Source of the DNA: Eledone cirrhosa
Lineage: Eukaryota
Length of the DNA: 64,000 nucleotides
Reading direction: 5' to 3'
Assembly (NCBI GenBank): GCA_964016885.1
Contig: OZ024743.1
Location: forward strand, 64,604,001 to 64,668,000
Position 1 is the first letter of the stretch. Each line of letters starts with the position of its first letter. The translations under genes were made by a program, and so were the position numbers. Below the pieces are notes generated by a model. That model had not been told where the DNA came from. It saw only the letters and a program-made list of their open reading frames with translations, and did not search any database. Shown piece after piece: positions 48,256 to 62,400 of the stretch.

Positions 48256-49131
48256 TTTCGATATTGTAGTTTAACCCTATGTCATCCCTAATCAAGCAGG
48301 TCCATGATTGAGGGCGTTACAACCATGATTATTCCGCCATTTTGTGTATGTATATCTTGGACTACATTGTCCAATGTTCTTCCTTCTCTAAAGTGGCTTG
48401 CGTAATTTGGAGGGAAATTTATTTTTTCTTATCAGCCGTAGATGTTAGCACAGAAGATAAGAAGAGGGATGGAAAAAAATGTTCATGGTATCTAATTCTC
48501 TGGCTTAGATACTCTCTATCTCTCTCTCTCTATCTCTCTCTCTATTTATTTTTCTCTCTTTCTTTATTTCTCATTCTTTCTTTCTCTTTCTTTCTATTTC
48601 TTTCTTTCTTTCTCACACCCTCTCCATCACTCTCTCATTCACACACTTTCTCTTTTTCACACATTATCTCTCTCTCTACTTCCCTCTCTCTCCCTCTCTC
48701 TCTCGCTCTCTCTCTCTCTCTACCTCCCCCTCTCTCTCTCTATTTCTATCTATCTATCTATCTATCACACACACACATACACAAACGCTCACTCTCTCTC
48801 TCTCATAATTCAAATCTCAGTCGTGGTTGGCCTTGTCGTTTGTTGCTTATTAATCAATAAGATAAGCCTGTGTAATTTACTGAAACCTGCTATTTCTAGC
48901 AGATCCATTGACCGTGAAGAAGCTCCATGTTCGGCTCATTAAATATTTGTTGACTTAATTAGGTGTTTACTGGTAATTATAGTTTCAAATGTCAGCCTGC
49001 AATCTATGAAAGCAGCTTTAGGTTTGGAAGCAGCAATCCAAAGATATTTCTTCTATTTGTGTTTGGAAACATTCGCCTCAGCTAAGTAGCAGGCACTTAT
49101 AATGATATAATACTTGATGTTTGTATTGATC

Positions 49132-49448
49132 TAGAGCGTGCAACGGGTGGCCCGCGAGCCACAATCCGACCCGCCAGACCAGTCTGGGGGGGCCGCGATG
49201 ACCGTTTTTAATTTTTACCTTTAGGCTTATTTAGAATATTTTTCGTAACCGTAATACAATTTTCTGTTAGTTGACCTATACTAAAATTCCTCACTGATAG
49301 GGTCATGTGTGTTATAATTTCCCAGTTCGATGTTATTGAAAGAAGTTGTGGTGAATCTTTGGAATAGTGCTTAATAAATATTAATGGCCCTAATAGTTGT
49401 TCAAATGTTCAAAAGTGGCCCGCCAATGGAATATGCTGCACACCCCTG
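49132..49448. mobile_element. hAT/Charlie-like MITE
   Basis: Subterminal tggcccgc motifs at both ends and terminus tgcacacccctg. Confidence 0.5.
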
Positions 49449-50092
49449 GTATAGATGTAAGTAAGGTGGCGAGTTGGCAGAGTCGTTAGAACGTCGGATA
49501 GAATGCTTTGCGGTATTCGGTTCGCTTCTCTGCTCTCTGAGTTCAAATCCCACCGAGGTCAACTTTGCCTTTCACCCTTTCGAGGTCGATTCTTCCTCTA
49601 TGTCTCTTTCTCATTTCCTCTCTCTCACTTTCTATGTTTCTCTGGAAGAAATCGGCTGTACTGAGGCCTAGAGAGGGATGGGCTCTGCCAGGTTTAATAG
49701 TGACCTAGAAAGGTCGTATATTAATACGGCGCCCCTAAGACTCTATTATAAGTTAGGGGACCATACATACATAGATGTAAGTAGGGTGGCGAATTGGTAG
49801 AGTCTTTAGAACGTCAGATAGAATGCTTTATGGTATTCGTTTCGACTCACTGCTATCTAAGTTCAAATCCCGCTGAGGTCAACTTTGCCTTTCATCTCGA
49901 GGGTACCAAAATCGGCACTCTATGCTATTGCAAAGTGCATATATTAAGAACAAAACAAGGTTTCACATTAAGGTCTTTATTGATTATGCATAGTTACGAC
50001 TATTTCACTGATGGCTGGCTCAGGATCCATGTTAATTCAACAGACCCGACTCAGCCCGATCTGGTCTTCTGCCTAAATCAGAAATCAACATA

Positions 50093-51175
50093 CAGGGTGT
50101 TTCAAAAAGAATGACCCAATTTTAAACAGTTATATTTATTGCAAAAAACGTTTTACAGTAATGGAACAAAGTTCAGCATGTGACACGCTGGCAAAGACAT
50201 TGATTATAACCTCAGTATAAGTTGTTGTCAGTCAGTTTTAAATTTATGTCCGCGCAACGGAAGGCGTTTTGTGTTCTGCAGTTCAGTAAGACTGAATCCG
50301 TGATCAGAGTTCAACGTAGATTTCGTCTGCGATTTGGGGTTGATCCTCCACTGTCAAAGAACATTCGACGTTGGTATCGGCAATTTGAAGAAACAGGATG
50401 CTTGTGTAAGGGGAATAGTCCAGGTCAGCCACACACGTCTGATGAAAATGTGCAAAGAATTCAAAAGGCGTTTGAACGAATCCTGCGCAAGTCTACAAGT
50501 CGTGCCAGCCTTGAACTTGCTATACCTCATACAACTGTATGGCGTATGTTAAGGCGACGTTTGAGCATGAAGCCATACCGATTACAACTTGTGAAAACTC
50601 TTCGTGTTGATGACAAAAGGAAACGTGTGGAATTCTGCAATGACCTTTTAGAGGACATGGTAGACGACAGTTTTTTGCCGAGGTTGATTTTTAGTGACGA
50701 AGCTACGTTTCATCTCAGCGGTAAAGTTAATCGTCATAACGTGCACATATGGAGACTCCAGCATCCTCATGAAACCGTCGAGCATGAACGAGATTTCCCA
50801 AACGTGAACGTTTTTTGCGCAATTTCACAAACCAAGATTTATGGCCCATTCTATTTTTAGGAAGACACAGTGACTGGACGAACCTATCTTGAAATGCTGC
50901 AGGGCTGGCTTTTTCCACAAATTCATGTAGACTCAGACAATTTCATATTCCAGCAAGACGGAACACCGTCACACTGGCACAAGGAAGTGCGGGGTTTCCT
51001 CAATGACATAATTCCACAACGCTGGAGAGGACGTGCGGGATTTCGAATCAAGGCCTTACAGTCTTGTCCTCCAAAATCTGCAGACATGACACCCTGCAAC
51101 TTCTTCTTGTGGGGATACGTTAAGGAATGTGTTTTTGTTCCACCATTAGCTAGTAACCTCGATGAGCTTAAAGGC
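50093..51175 (+). pseudogene. Tc1/mariner (rosa/DD41D-related) transposon, 3'-truncated, transposase disrupted
   Basis: TA+CAGGGTG left TIR. ATG at 50246, N-terminal HTH, FSDEATF, FQQDG and PPKSADMTPCNFFLWGYVK motifs. In-frame TAG at 50858-50860. No right TIR seen. Confidence 0.88.
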
Positions 51176-51280
51176 AGTGGAAGGAGCAAAAGGTAAACGG
51201 AAACAACAAAGCGAACAACACAATACAATGAAGAAATATATTAGTTTAATAGTTGATGTATTGATATAGTAGGAAAAGAG

Positions 51281-51316
51281 TCTTAACGTTTCAGACACTA
51301 ATTCCTCATCAGAAGA
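51281..51316 (-). ncRNA. Minimal type-I hammerhead (single copy)
   Basis: Reverse complement reads tctt-CTGATGA-gga attagtg tct-GAAA-cg-TT|aaga. The aacgtt palindrome is typical of Penelope minimal hammerheads; stems are short. Confidence 0.55.
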
Positions 51317-51408
51317 TAGAATGAGAAATAAAAGATGAAATTGAAAGATAAAGAGTGAGATGGGTATGAAACAAAAAATTTGAGAAAAAGCATGTGTGTA
51401 TTCAGTTG

Positions 51409-51489
<81 letters not shown>

Positions 51490-51889
51490 TTGTGTGTGTG
51501 TATGTATGTGTGCGTGTGTGTGTGTATCTGCGTGTATGTATATATCTGTGTGTATATATATGTATGTATATATGTGTGTATGTGTGTCCATATATTATGT
51601 TGGGGGTATCTCTACCCAGTATTTTTAACTTTGTTTTTCTTTCTTTCCCTATATTTTCTTAAATCTCCGTTGAAACATGATAAATACACTTGACCACAAT
51701 TTTATCATTCCTGCCATATATGGTAATTTATGGCATCTTTCTAATCTACAATTGCTGCCATTTTGTCGTCTAAAAGACCACCACTTCGCCATTTCTTCCG
51801 CTGTTCGTTGTTGAGTTGTTTTGTTTGTTTTTTTTGTTTTTGTTATCATTTTTTACGTTTATTCTATTTGTTATATTTCTCTGTCTCTC

Positions 51890-51926
<37 letters not shown>

Positions 51927-51945
51927 CTCTCTCTGTCTATGTGTG

Positions 51946-52015
<70 letters not shown>

Positions 52016-52398
52016 CACCCCTTCTCTATAGATTGAATATATAATAATAACTGATTTAACAAGGTCAGCAATTTGGAGGAAGGGAAAAGTCGATCATATC
52101 AACCTCAGTTCTTTAAGGGTCCTTTATTTTATCTACCTCGGAACGACGTGAAGCAAAGTTGACCTCGGCGGGATTTGAACTCAGAAAATAAAGGGCTGTA
52201 ACTAACTGCTGCAAAGCATTTATTTGTGCCCTCAGCTGGGCTTTTTAGTTTTAGGATTGGTGAGAATTTTTGAATTTAATACCTGGGTGTAACTTTTCAA
52301 TTCTTTTCAATTACTTTTCAATTACTTGCGCCAAGCTAACTTTGATATGTAAAATTGGGAGGGGTGCTGTGTATACTAATTTGTGTGTGCGTGTGTGT

Positions 52399-52484
<86 letters not shown>

Positions 52485-53699
52485 CAGCTCACACCTATGC
52501 AGGTTTAGCTGGCCTCCTCCAATGTATATCTCGTTGGATGATTTAATTATAGGGACCCCAGTCCTATCATCTCATTTCTACAGCTGAGTAAACTGGAGCA
52601 ACGTGAAATAAAGTGTCTTACTCAAGGAAAGAAGAAAACCCGGTCCGAGAATTGAACTCACAACTTTTCGATTGTAAGCTCAATCCTCTAACCATTAAGC
52701 CATGCACCTTCATTTTTTGTGTATTAGGAGCCCCCCAAACCTGAAGTGCCCCGGGCCCTCCAAGGTCTAAATCCAACCCCGACCGTGAGACCTTATGATG
52801 GCAAAGCTGACTTCTTAACTATTTGGCCTTACTGAGTATATTCTCCTACATAATGAACTAAACAACTAATTACTATTAACCGTCAGCTATTGACTTTCCA
52901 CTTCAATAATAATAATTGTTTCTACTTTTGGCACAAGGCCAGCAATTACCCCAGTGCATTACTGGTACTTTATTTTATCGACCCCGTAAGGATGAAAGGC
53001 AAAGTTAACCGCGGCAGGATTTGAACTCAAACCATAAAGGGCTGTAACTCTTTGCTGCAAAGCATGGCGTCCGACCTTCTTCCGATACTGCCAATCCACC
53101 GCCACTTCAATCCACCGCCACATCAATACAAATAATTATTTCTACTTTTGGCACAAGGCCAGCAAATACCCAGTACATTACTGGTACTTTATTTTATCGA
53201 CCCCGTAAGGATGAAAACCAAAGTTAACCTCGGCGGGATTTGAACTCAGGCCGTAAAGGGACGTAACTATACTGGAAAGCATGGCGTCCGACTCTCTACC
53301 GATACTGCCAATTCACCATACTAATAATTGTTTCTACTATTGGCACAAGGCCAGCAATTACCCAGTACATTACTGGTACTTTATTTTATCGACCCCGTAA
53401 GGATGAAAGCAAAGTTAACCTCGGTGGGATTTGAACTCAGTCCGTAAAGGGACGTAACTCTGTGCTGCAAAGCATAGCGTCTGACGCTCTATCGATACTG
53501 CCAATCACCATACTAATAATGTTGAGTATCTGGGGAGCAACAGAAATACGATATAGTTGATATCTTCAGAGTATTGACCCTTAGGGAGGAAATAATAGCT
53601 AGCTATATTGTAGTATATTTGGGAATTAGGGAGTTATCGGAAACTAAATTATTATAGATCTTCATAATAATTATTTCTAATTTAGGCACCAGTAATGTG

Positions 53700-53940
53700 G
53701 GGGGGGGAGTAGATAGAGAGGGGAAGGGAGGGAGAGATAGAGAGGGAAAGTCAGGAAGAGATAGAGAGGGGGAGTGAGGAAGAGATAGAGAAAGGAAGGG
53801 AGAAAGAGATAGAGAGGGGAAGTAAGAAAGAGATAGAGAGGGGAAGTGAGGAAGAGATAGAGAGAGGAAGTGAGGAAGAGATAGAGAGGAGAAGGGAGAA
53901 AGAGATAGAGAGGGGAAGTAAGAAAGAGATAGAGAGGAGG
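53700..53940. repeat. 24-bp purine-rich minisatellite, ~10 units
   Basis: gagatagagaggggaagtgaggaa repeated with variation. Confidence 0.85.
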
Positions 53941-53999
53941 AATCAATCCCGGTCTTACTAAAGACTGCCAATTGGCCGCCTTATAATCTAAAGTATAAA

Positions 54000-54608
54000 T
54001 CTAAACTATAATAAAGGAAGGTCTGCGGGACTGCGTACGGTTTATTTATTTTTTATCCCGTTAGTAAAATAAGTTGGATTACTTTGAATAAATAATTGTT
54101 TCTACTTTTGGCACAAGGCCAGCAATTATCCCAGTGTATTACTGATACTTTATTTTATCGACCCCGTAAGGATGAAAGGCAAAGTTAACCTCGGCGGGAT
54201 TTGAACTCAGATAATGAATGAATATTACATAATTTATCTACTAAATTTCGTAAACAAAAATAATTTCGTAAAAATAAATAATTTAAAATTGACTTCTTTT
54301 CAAAGTTGCACGTCCGGTATATCGTTACCACCACCACCACTTCAACCACCATATATATAGAAAGAGAGAGTGTGTGATGTCAACACTTCCGGTGGCGATC
54401 ACTTAAATAAACATACTAAATTTCTCCTAATGCAGTTTATATATAATATCGTCTTTTTTTAATGTATCATGGATTACGTTACTGATTACATAAGACAGTG
54501 TAACAACGTCTTCGTTCAATTTCTGTTTGTATTGTCAATTACGATTTTATTTGATGTATCATATCTACTTGCGTATAATATCCACCGAAGGGTGGTTTTT
54601 CTGTTAGT
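54000..54608 (+). mobile_element. Non-autonomous Helitron-like element (SINE inserted at ~54092-54210)
   Basis: 5' TCTAAACTATAATAAAG; 3' hairpin ccaccgaagggtgg followed by ctgttag. Confidence 0.6.
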
Positions 54609-54681
54609 TTCAATAATTTCTCTTAATTCTTCCTCGTTGTATGATCTCATGTAAACATCAACAATACGTTTTATTATTGTT

Positions 54682-55151
54682 ACTAGCAAAAAAACCACCC
54701 TTCGGGTGGTTTTCTGCTAGCGTGTGTAGTGTGAATATTGATATTATACGCAAGTATATATGAATGTAGATATGATACATCAAATAACATCGTAATTGAC
54801 AATATACACAGAAATTGAACGAAGACTGTGTTACACTCTCTTATGTAATCAGTAACGTGATACATTAAAAAAAGACGATATTATATATAAACTGCATTAG
54901 GAGAAAATTAGTGACGGAAATATATGAATTATTATTTAAGCGGTCGTTAACCGGAAGTGTTGACATTTGAAAATTTTAAAGTGAACCTTAAAATAAACAA
55001 TAAAATATATTTAATCAACAGCCACGAAATTTAGTAGATAAATTATGTAATATTCATTATTTATTCAAAGTAATCCAACTTATTTTACTAATGGGATAAA
55101 AAATTATTAACCATACGCAGTCCTGCGTTCCTTACTTTATTATAGTTTAGA
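54682..55151 (-). mobile_element. Second copy of the same Helitron-like element, tail-to-tail with the first
   Basis: Reverse complement begins tctaaactataataaag and ends with the aaaaccacccgaagggtggtttt hairpin followed by CTAG. Confidence 0.62.
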
Positions 55152-55482
55152 CTAACAGAGTGGCCCGGCGGTGCTCGGGATTTGCTCTAGGGTTCTTATA
55201 TATTCGATATATATTTATCCTTATCGAGCCTCGTGAAATAAATACGTTTGTTTATATTTTGTTATTGTGTATGCAAAAATATCTGTACACGAATATATAA
55301 TTATATATATAAATATATATAACAGTACAGAGAAGTACGTAATACCTCGGCCTCGGGATGGTGTCTACATTTTGTGATTATAAAATAAATTCGTCGTAGA
55401 TTGCCAAGGGTTTTTTCCGTGCGAAGAAAATCAATACTTTATCGCCAAATAAATACTTTTGTTTATATTTTGTTATTGTGTA

Positions 55483-55553
<71 letters not shown>

Positions 55554-55555
55554 GT

Positions 55556-55645
<90 letters not shown>

Positions 55646-55646
55646 T

Positions 55647-55735
<89 letters not shown>

Positions 55736-55737
55736 GT

Positions 55738-55838
<101 letters not shown>

Positions 55839-55859
55839 CATGTATATATATATATATAT

Positions 55860-57390
55860 ATACAATGATATTAAATAAATGGAAACTATATTTATAAAAC
55901 CATATTTATTTTATTATATATAGTTCAAGGGTACCAAGATGCATTGGTATGCTTTCCTCAGATAAAATACAAAGTTTGTTTTATAAATAGAGACATACCC
56001 ATGAAAATCATACCTTATCATTTGGATATTCACTGGATAGTGGAAATATATTAGGGATTTTTCAAACTTATGTGTGAATATGCAAAGGAATATGTAAATA
56101 ATTGAAAAACAACCGTTTATTTAAACGAGTATGGAGAGAAAGAGAAGAGATAGGAGGAGAAAGATAAAAAAAGTACGAGAGAGAGAGAAGAAAGAAACAA
56201 GAGAAGATGAATAAAAACTCATATAACGTTAATTTGAGGGAAATATATTCTAAGTATATATCTTAATAGTACGTGTATTTACGATTATTAGTTGTTTAAA
56301 ATTTGTTTATAATATAATATTTTTCTTCTGTTATAAGTAGATAAATAAATAAATAAATACATAAATAAATAAATAAATAACTAAATAAATAAATAAATAG
56401 ATGGGTATATCATGTTATAGATAATTGTTCTAATGAGTTATGAGGGATATTGGTTTTGTATTTAATGTAAATAAATATTAAGTTAAATTAAATTAAATTA
56501 AGAAGAATATTTATATTTATATGATTTAAAATGGGAAGATACGGAAAAAACTCCGGTTTAATTTATTTATTCGTTAGTGTGAGTCTATTTAGTCAAAATA
56601 AGTATAGATGTTGAAAGATACATTTAGCCGGAATCAGTTAGTGAAATAATATTGAAAATATATTGAAAAAATATTGAAAAAATATTGAAAAAATATTGAT
56701 AGAGTAATGAAAAAATATTGAAAAAGTATTGAAAAAATATTGAAAAATTTAAGAAAATTTTTTTTTAAATAATTTATAAGAGATAAGTAATTTTTAAAGA
56801 AGTAAAAATTAAAGAAATAAAAATTAAAGAAATAAAAATTATTAAAATTAAAATTTTAAAAAATTAGAATTATATACGTATATATTTTATGAAACTTTAA
56901 GAAGTCGAATTACAGCAAATGTTATAGATATTATGATTTAGAGATATGAATATATTAAAACCAAGTGGATGAGATTGTTATGGAAATAAGTAGAAATATA
57001 AGTTATATATAGTTCTGAATGCTGAATTCTGGCGATGTCTACAAGAATTAAATAAATTCGTTCTTAGATTAATAGAGTTTTTACATTTAAGTATGAAAAA
57101 AATTTCCTCAATGCACAATTTGCAGATAAAGCTGTGTTTCAGTACGCAGGTGCTTTTGAAGCTATTTCCCAAGCTAATGAATAGTCCATATTCTTGCATT
57201 TTAAGTTCCATATCAGGTTTGAAAGAGAAGTTGAAGATTTTTTATCAAATCTTCAGAAAGAATAATTGTGGTTATTCCAGCGACTTTTAAATTCTGTAGA
57301 AGTTGAACCGACATAGTTAAATATATTATCACTAGTTTTAACTGTGCATTTATAGACTTCCAACAAATTAAATAACCTTTCTACTTATAT
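55860..57390 (-). mobile_element. Truncated Penelope-like element: GIY-YIG remnant, AT-rich UTR and hammerhead, inserted in (TA)n
   Basis: Manual minus-strand translation of ~57362-57010 gives EVYKCTVKTSDNIFNYVGSTSTEFKSRWNNHNYSF*RFDKKSSTSLSNLIWNLKCKNMDYSLAWEIASKAPAY*, then a frameshift to CKLCIEEIFFILK...INLRTNLFNSCRHRQN. A same-strand hammerhead lies at 55907-55969. Confidence 0.82.
55907..55969 (-). ncRNA. Hammerhead family A1, degenerate (GAAA>GAAC)
   Basis: Reverse complement reads tattttat-CTGAGGA-aagc atacca...tggtac cctt-GAAC-tatata-TA|ataaaata. Confidence 0.7.
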
Positions 57391-58607
57391 ATATATATTA
57401 AAATAACAGATTAAAGTTTAAGCAAAGAATTGCTGTTTTCACCCTTAACGGGATCTTCTGAAACTAAAAACATCAATCTGTGAAGGCAGAAGTAAATATT
57501 TCGAAAAACGTTACACACTATATATATATACACACACTATATATACGTATACATACACACATATAGCGTCATAATGTCGTAATGCAGACAGCCAGACATA
57601 CAGACAGATATTATAAGGGCGCAACGTTATATCTATGTATCTATCTAAAAAGAGAAAGACTAACAATTATAGAGAGAGATCGCTAAATCGCCTAATGCGG
57701 CTCCTAGGGCATTGAAAATTTGAAATATTTTTTTTCTCAAAACACTCACAGGACCATAAGTATTACATGTGTAAAGTTTGAAAACAATCGGTTGGGTGGT
57801 TCTCGAGTTTTAGTGAGCTGACAGACAGACAGACAGACATACAGACAGACAGACATTCTCTGTTGTAGATATATAGATTAGGTGCGGTGGGTTGGCAGTA
57901 TCGGTAGAGGGTTGGACGCCATGCATTCTAGCATAGTTACGTCCCTTTACGGTCTGAGTTCAAATCCCGTCAAGGTTAACTTTGCCTTTCATCCTTACGG
58001 GGTCGATAAAATAAAGTACCAGTAATGCACTGGGATAATTGCCGGCCTTGTGCCAAAAGTAAAAATAATTATTGTTATTAAGGGCGATGTATTGGCAGGT
58101 CGATAAAATAAAGTACCAGTCATGCACTGGGGTCGATTTAAACGACTTTCTCCTCCAAAAAATTTGCGTCGAGTGAAATGCTTTGAGGCATTTAGTTACG
58201 GCCCTTTGCCTTTTATCCTTACGGCGTCGATAAAATGAAGCACCAGTAATGCACTGGATCAATTTAATCGATTTTCCCTCCCTTACCTGGAAATTGTTGG
58301 CCCTGTACCAAATGTAGAAATAATTATTATTAATGCGGTTGATATATTAAAGTACCAGTTAAATAATGGGGTTGAGAAAATAAAGTGCCAGTCATGTACT
58401 GGGGTCGATATGATCATCTATTCCCTCTGGCCCCCAAAATTACTGGACCTGTCCCTAAAGTAGAAATTATTATTTTCATCAAGAATGAGTTATCAAAACC
58501 CAAAAGGGATTTCCGTTTCTAGATAATTATCTTCATAACAAATTCATTGATTGGTGTGATGGTGTGTTGGTGGAGACGAAGTCCATAAATTTAGTATGAT
58601 GATGATA

Positions 58608-58672
<65 letters not shown>

Positions 58673-58696
58673 ATTTGTTGCTGATGACGATGATCG

Positions 58697-58751
<55 letters not shown>

Positions 58752-59435
58752 AGTGATGATGGTGATGATGCTGTTGTTGTTACCAATAAACCATTCTATG
58801 ATTGGTATTCTGTTGTTTACAACTGAGAAAAATAAAACATTTTATGTTTTAATTCTAGGCAAAAAAAAAACCAGCCGGCAGGAGATCCAGGAGTAGACTC
58901 CGAGGAAGATGGTTGGATAACATCCATGAGCTTGGCTGGTCTCGCTTGGGGATCCAGTCCAATCAGTTGGAAACGGTTGCTTTTGGAACCCGCTGGAAGG
59001 AGTGTTTGAGGACAAAGTTGACCTCGGCGGGATTTGAACTCAGATAGAAAAGAATCGAAAGGAATACTGCAAAGTATTCTGTACAACATTCTAACAACTC
59101 TGTCAATTCGCCGCCTTAATGGCAAACCAATACTGGATTCCTAAAATTAAATATGTTCTACACTATTGCCAAAAATAATTGATTTCTAACGAGGGCAAAA
59201 GGGCATCAAATTTTATGAAGAAAAAAATTGATTACATCAACCCCCAGTACTTGACTGGTACTTTGTTTTATCGACCCCGGAAGGATGAAAGCCAAAGTTG
59301 ATTAAATCAACCACAGTACTTGATTGGTACTTTATTTTGATGGCCTCGGCAAGATTAGAATTCAGAATGTAAAGGTGTGTAACTAAACACTGCAAATCCA
59401 CTGCGCTTCATTGTTGCTAAAATTATTAAAATAAA

Positions 59436-62400
59436 ATTGTAGGGTTGTGGATTGGCAGAATTGGTGGTAGTATTGTAGGTTGTGGATTGGCAGAATTGGT
59501 GGTAGTATTATGGGTTGTGGGTTGGCAGAATTGGTGGTAGTATTGTGGGTTGTGGATTGGCAGAATTGGTGGTAGTATTGTAGGTTGTGGATTGGCAGAA
59601 TTGGTGGTAGTATTGTCGGTTGTGGATTGGCAGAATTGGTGGTAGTATTATGGGTTGTGGATTGGCAGATTTGGTGGTAGTATTGTGGGTTGTGGATTGG
59701 CAGAATTGGTGCTAGTATTATGGGTTGTGGATTGGCAGATTTGGTGGTAGTATTGTGGGTTGTGGATTGGCAGAATTGGTGCTAGTATTATGGGTTGTGG
59801 ATTGGCAGATTTGGTGGTAGTATTGTGGATTGTGGATTGGCAGAATTGGTGGTAGTATTATGGGTTGTGGATTGGCAGAATTGGTGGTAGTATTGTAGGG
59901 TTGTGGATTGGCAGAATTGGTGGTAGTATTATGGGTTGTGGATTGGCAGATTTGGTGGTAGTATTGTGGGTTGTGGATTGGCAGAATTGGTGGTAGTATT
60001 GTAGGGTTGTGGATTGGCAGAATTGGTGCTAGTATTATGGGTTGTGGATTGGCAGATTTGGTGGTAGTATTGTGGGTTGTGGATTGGCAGAATTGGTGGT
60101 AGTATTATGGGTTGTGGATTGGCAGAATTGGTGGTAGTATTGTAGGGTTGTGGATTGGCAGAATTGGTGCTAGTATTATGGGTTGTGGATTGGCAGATTT
60201 GGTGGTAGTATTGTGGGTTGTGGATTGGCAGAATTGGTGGTAGTATTGTAGGGTTGTGGATTGGCAGAATTGGTGGTAGTATTGTAGGTTGTGGATTGGC
60301 AGAATTGGTGGTAGTATTGTAGGTTGTGGATTGGCAGAATTGGTGGTAGTATTGTCGGTTGTGGATTGGCAGAATTGGTGGTAGTATTATGGGTTGTGGA
60401 TTGGCAGAATTGGTGCTAGCATTATGGGTTGTGGATTGGCAGATTTGGTGGTAGTATTGTGGGTTGTGGATTGGCAGAATTGGTGGTAGTATTGTAGGGT
60501 TGTGGATTGGCAGAATTGGTGGTAGTATTGTCGGTTGTGGATTGGCAGAATTGGTGGTAGTATTGTAGGGTTGTGGATTGGCAGAATTGGTGGTAGTATT
60601 GTCGGTTGTGGATTGGCAGAATTGGTGGTAGTATTGTCGGTTGTGGATTGGCAGAATTGGTGGTAGTATTGTGGGTTGTGGGTTGGCAGAATTGGTGGTA
60701 GTTTTGTGGGTTGTGGGTTGGCAGAATTGGTGGTATTATTGTAGGTTGTGGATTGGCAGAATTGGTGGTAGTATTGTGGGTTGTGGATTGGCAGAGTGGG
60801 TGGTAGTATTATGGGTTGTGGATTGGCAGATTTGGTGGTAGTATTGTGGGTTGGCAGAATTGGTGGTAGTATTGTGGGTTGTGGGTTGGTAGAATTGGTG
60901 GTAGTATTGTGGGTTGTGGATTGGCAAAATTGGTAGTAGTATTATGGGTTGTGGATTGGCAGAATTGGTGGTAGTATTGTGGGTTGTGGGTTGTCAGAAT
61001 TAGTGGTAGTATTGTGGGTTGTGGATTGGCAGAATTGGTGGTGGTATTATGGGTTGTGGATTGGCAGAATTGGTGGTAGTATTGAGGGTTGTGGATTGGC
61101 AGAATTGGTGGTAGTATTGAGGGTTGTGGATTGGTAGAATTGGTGGTAGCATTGAGGGTGGCAGATTGGCAGAATTGGTGGTAGTATTGTGGGTTGTGGG
61201 TTGGCAGATTTGGTGGTAGTATTATGGGTTGTGGATTGGCAGAATTGGTGGTAGTATTGTGGGTTGTGCTTTTGACAGAATTGGTGGTAGTATTATGGGT
61301 TTTGGGTTGGCAGAATTGATGGTAGTATTGCGGGTTGTGGATTGGTAGAATTGGGGGTAGTATTGAGGGTGTGGGTTGGTAGAATTGGTGGTAGTCTTGT
61401 GGGTTGTGGATTAGCAGAATTGGTGGTAGTATTATGGGTTGTGGGTTGGCAGAATTGGTGGTAGTATTGTGGGTTGTGTGTTGGCAGAATTGGTGGTAGT
61501 ATTGTGGGTTGTGGATTGGCAGAATTGGTGGTTGTATTGTGGGTTGTGGATTGGCAGAATTGGTGGTAGTATTATGGGTTGTGGGTTGGCAGAATTTTAT
61601 GGTAGTATTATGGGTTGTGGGTTGGCAGAATTGGTAGTAGTATTATGTGTTGTGGGTTGGCAGAATTGGTAGTAGTATAATGGGTTGTGGATTGGCAGAT
61701 TTGGTAGTAGTATTATGGGTTTTGAGTTGCCAGAAATGGTGATAGTATTATGGGTTGTGGGTTGGCAGAATTGGTGGTAGTATTGTGGGTTGTGGATTGG
61801 CAGAATTAGTGGTAGTATTAAGGGTTGTGGGTTGGCAAAATTGGTGGTAGTATTATGGGCTGTGAGTTGGAAGAATTGGTGGTAGTATTATGGGTTGTGG
61901 GTTGGCAGAATTGGTGGTAGTATTGTGGGTTGTGGATTGGCAGAATTTGCGGTAGTATTGTGGGTTGTGGATTGGCAGAATTGGTAGTAGTATTGTGGGT
62001 TGTGAATTGGCAGAATTGGTGGTAGTATTATAGGTTGTGGGTTGGCAGAATTGGTAGTAGTATAATGGGTTGTGGATTGGCAGAATTGGTGGTAGTATTA
62101 TGGGTTTTGGGTTGGCAGAATTGGTGGTAGTATTGTGGGTTGTGGATTGGCAGAACTGGTGGTAGTATTATGGGTTGTGGGTTGGCAGAATTGGTGGTAG
62201 TATTATGGGTTGTGGATTGGCAGAATTGGTGGTAGTATTATGGGTTGTGGGTTGGCAGAATTGGTGTTAGTATTATGGGTTGTGGGTTGGCAGAATTGAT
62301 AGTAGTATTATGGGTTGTGGATTGGCAGAATTGGTGGTAGTATTATTGGTTGTGGGTTGTCACAATTGGTGGTAGTATTATGGGTTGTGGGTTGGCAGAA

